A DNA stretch of 32,000 bases from Ignicoccus pacificus DSM 13166 (GTDB lineage: Archaea > Thermoproteota > Thermoprotei_A > Sulfolobales > Ignicoccaceae), in the NCBI GenBank assembly GCA_025340205.1, contig CP006868.1, forward strand, positions 240,001-272,000, in the 5' to 3' direction. A model generated the notes under the pieces. It was not told the origin of the DNA. It saw only the letters and a list, made by a program, of their open reading frames with translations, and made no database searches. How positions within the stretch are numbered: the first letter of the stretch is position 1; every line of letters starts with the position of its first letter. Of this stretch, positions 31,848 through 32,000 are shown piece after piece. A program made the translations under genes and the position numbers.

Positions 31848-32000
31848 CTCCTTATCTCCCTTGCTAAGTTCTCCAAGAACTTCCTCCCCGCGGAGGAGCT
31901 CTTCTCTGGGTGGAACTGAGTACCAATAATCTTCCCTTTCTGAACCAACGATGTGAACTTCACTCCCTCGTACTCCGTAATTCCTAACTCCTCCTCCCTT
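31844..32000 (-). CDS. hisH: Imidazole glycerol-phosphate synthase glutamine amidotransferase subunit HisH, C-terminal fragment. The gene starts beyond the window.
   Basis: I translated ...GVKFTSLVQKGKIIGTQFHPEKSSSAGRKFLENLAREIRR* by hand. GTQFHPEKS..G..ll is the HisH C-terminal signature. The stop overlaps the HAD start (ATGA at 31844-31847). Confidence 0.72.
   Translation of the reverse strand, partial: REEELGITEYEGVKFTSLVQKGKIIGTQFHPEKSSSAGRKFLENLAREIRR

Noticed and set aside
1-32000. tRNA, rRNA, CRISPR, IS/transposase and integrase genes
   Set aside because: Reading the intergenic regions and ORF translations, I saw no cloverleaf-like GC-rich 70-90 nt islands other than the two C/D-like elements. 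I also saw no repeat-spacer arrays and no DDE or tyrosine-recombinase motifs. A covariance-model scan would be needed to exclude small RNAs fully.

Overview
The window looks like an archaeal chromosome segment, probably from a hyperthermophilic crenarchaeon. Supporting signs are AGG/AGA Arg and ATA Ile codon use, K/E-rich proteins, a PaREP1-family gene, TATA-like boxes about 25-35 nt upstream of starts, many TTG/GTG starts and 4-nt start/stop overlaps. I cannot name the organism. About 40 genes are tightly packed, and most are housekeeping. They include an A/V-ATPase subunit I tail, an XPB-like helicase, the Sm-L37e pair, proteasome beta, an IPMDH/IPMS-family pair, Hel308, a beta-CASP MBL nuclease, an MgtE/SLC41-like transporter and amt-glnK. 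They also include a pyruvoyl AdoMetDC-family decarboxylase, PCNA, an aIF1A-Rio1-KaiC-like-SPOUT operon, an ABC-2 exporter, hexulose-phosphate synthase, a HAD hydrolase and the hisH 3' end. Five things stand out. (1) A 1048-aa secreted protein carries 27 tandem 69-nt thrombospondin-type-3 calcium-binding repeats with recent higher-order duplications. (2) An ORF-poor, AT-rich accessory stretch (about 23.6-27.3 kb) holds two diverged copies of a GC-clamped box C/D (K-turn)-like small-RNA candidate. (3) Those two copies bracket a cassette of small membrane proteins and a DUF4258/DUF2283 toxin-antitoxin pair whose toxin is broken by an 11-nt tandem duplication. (4) Two paralogous beta-propeller genes flank the aIF1A-Rio1 operon. 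(5) There is an unlisted 53-codon ORF coupled to PCNA, next to a roughly 0.7 kb AT-rich ORF-free spacer. I saw no rRNA, tRNA, CRISPR array, transposase or integrase. All family calls come from motif recognition by eye, not from database searches.
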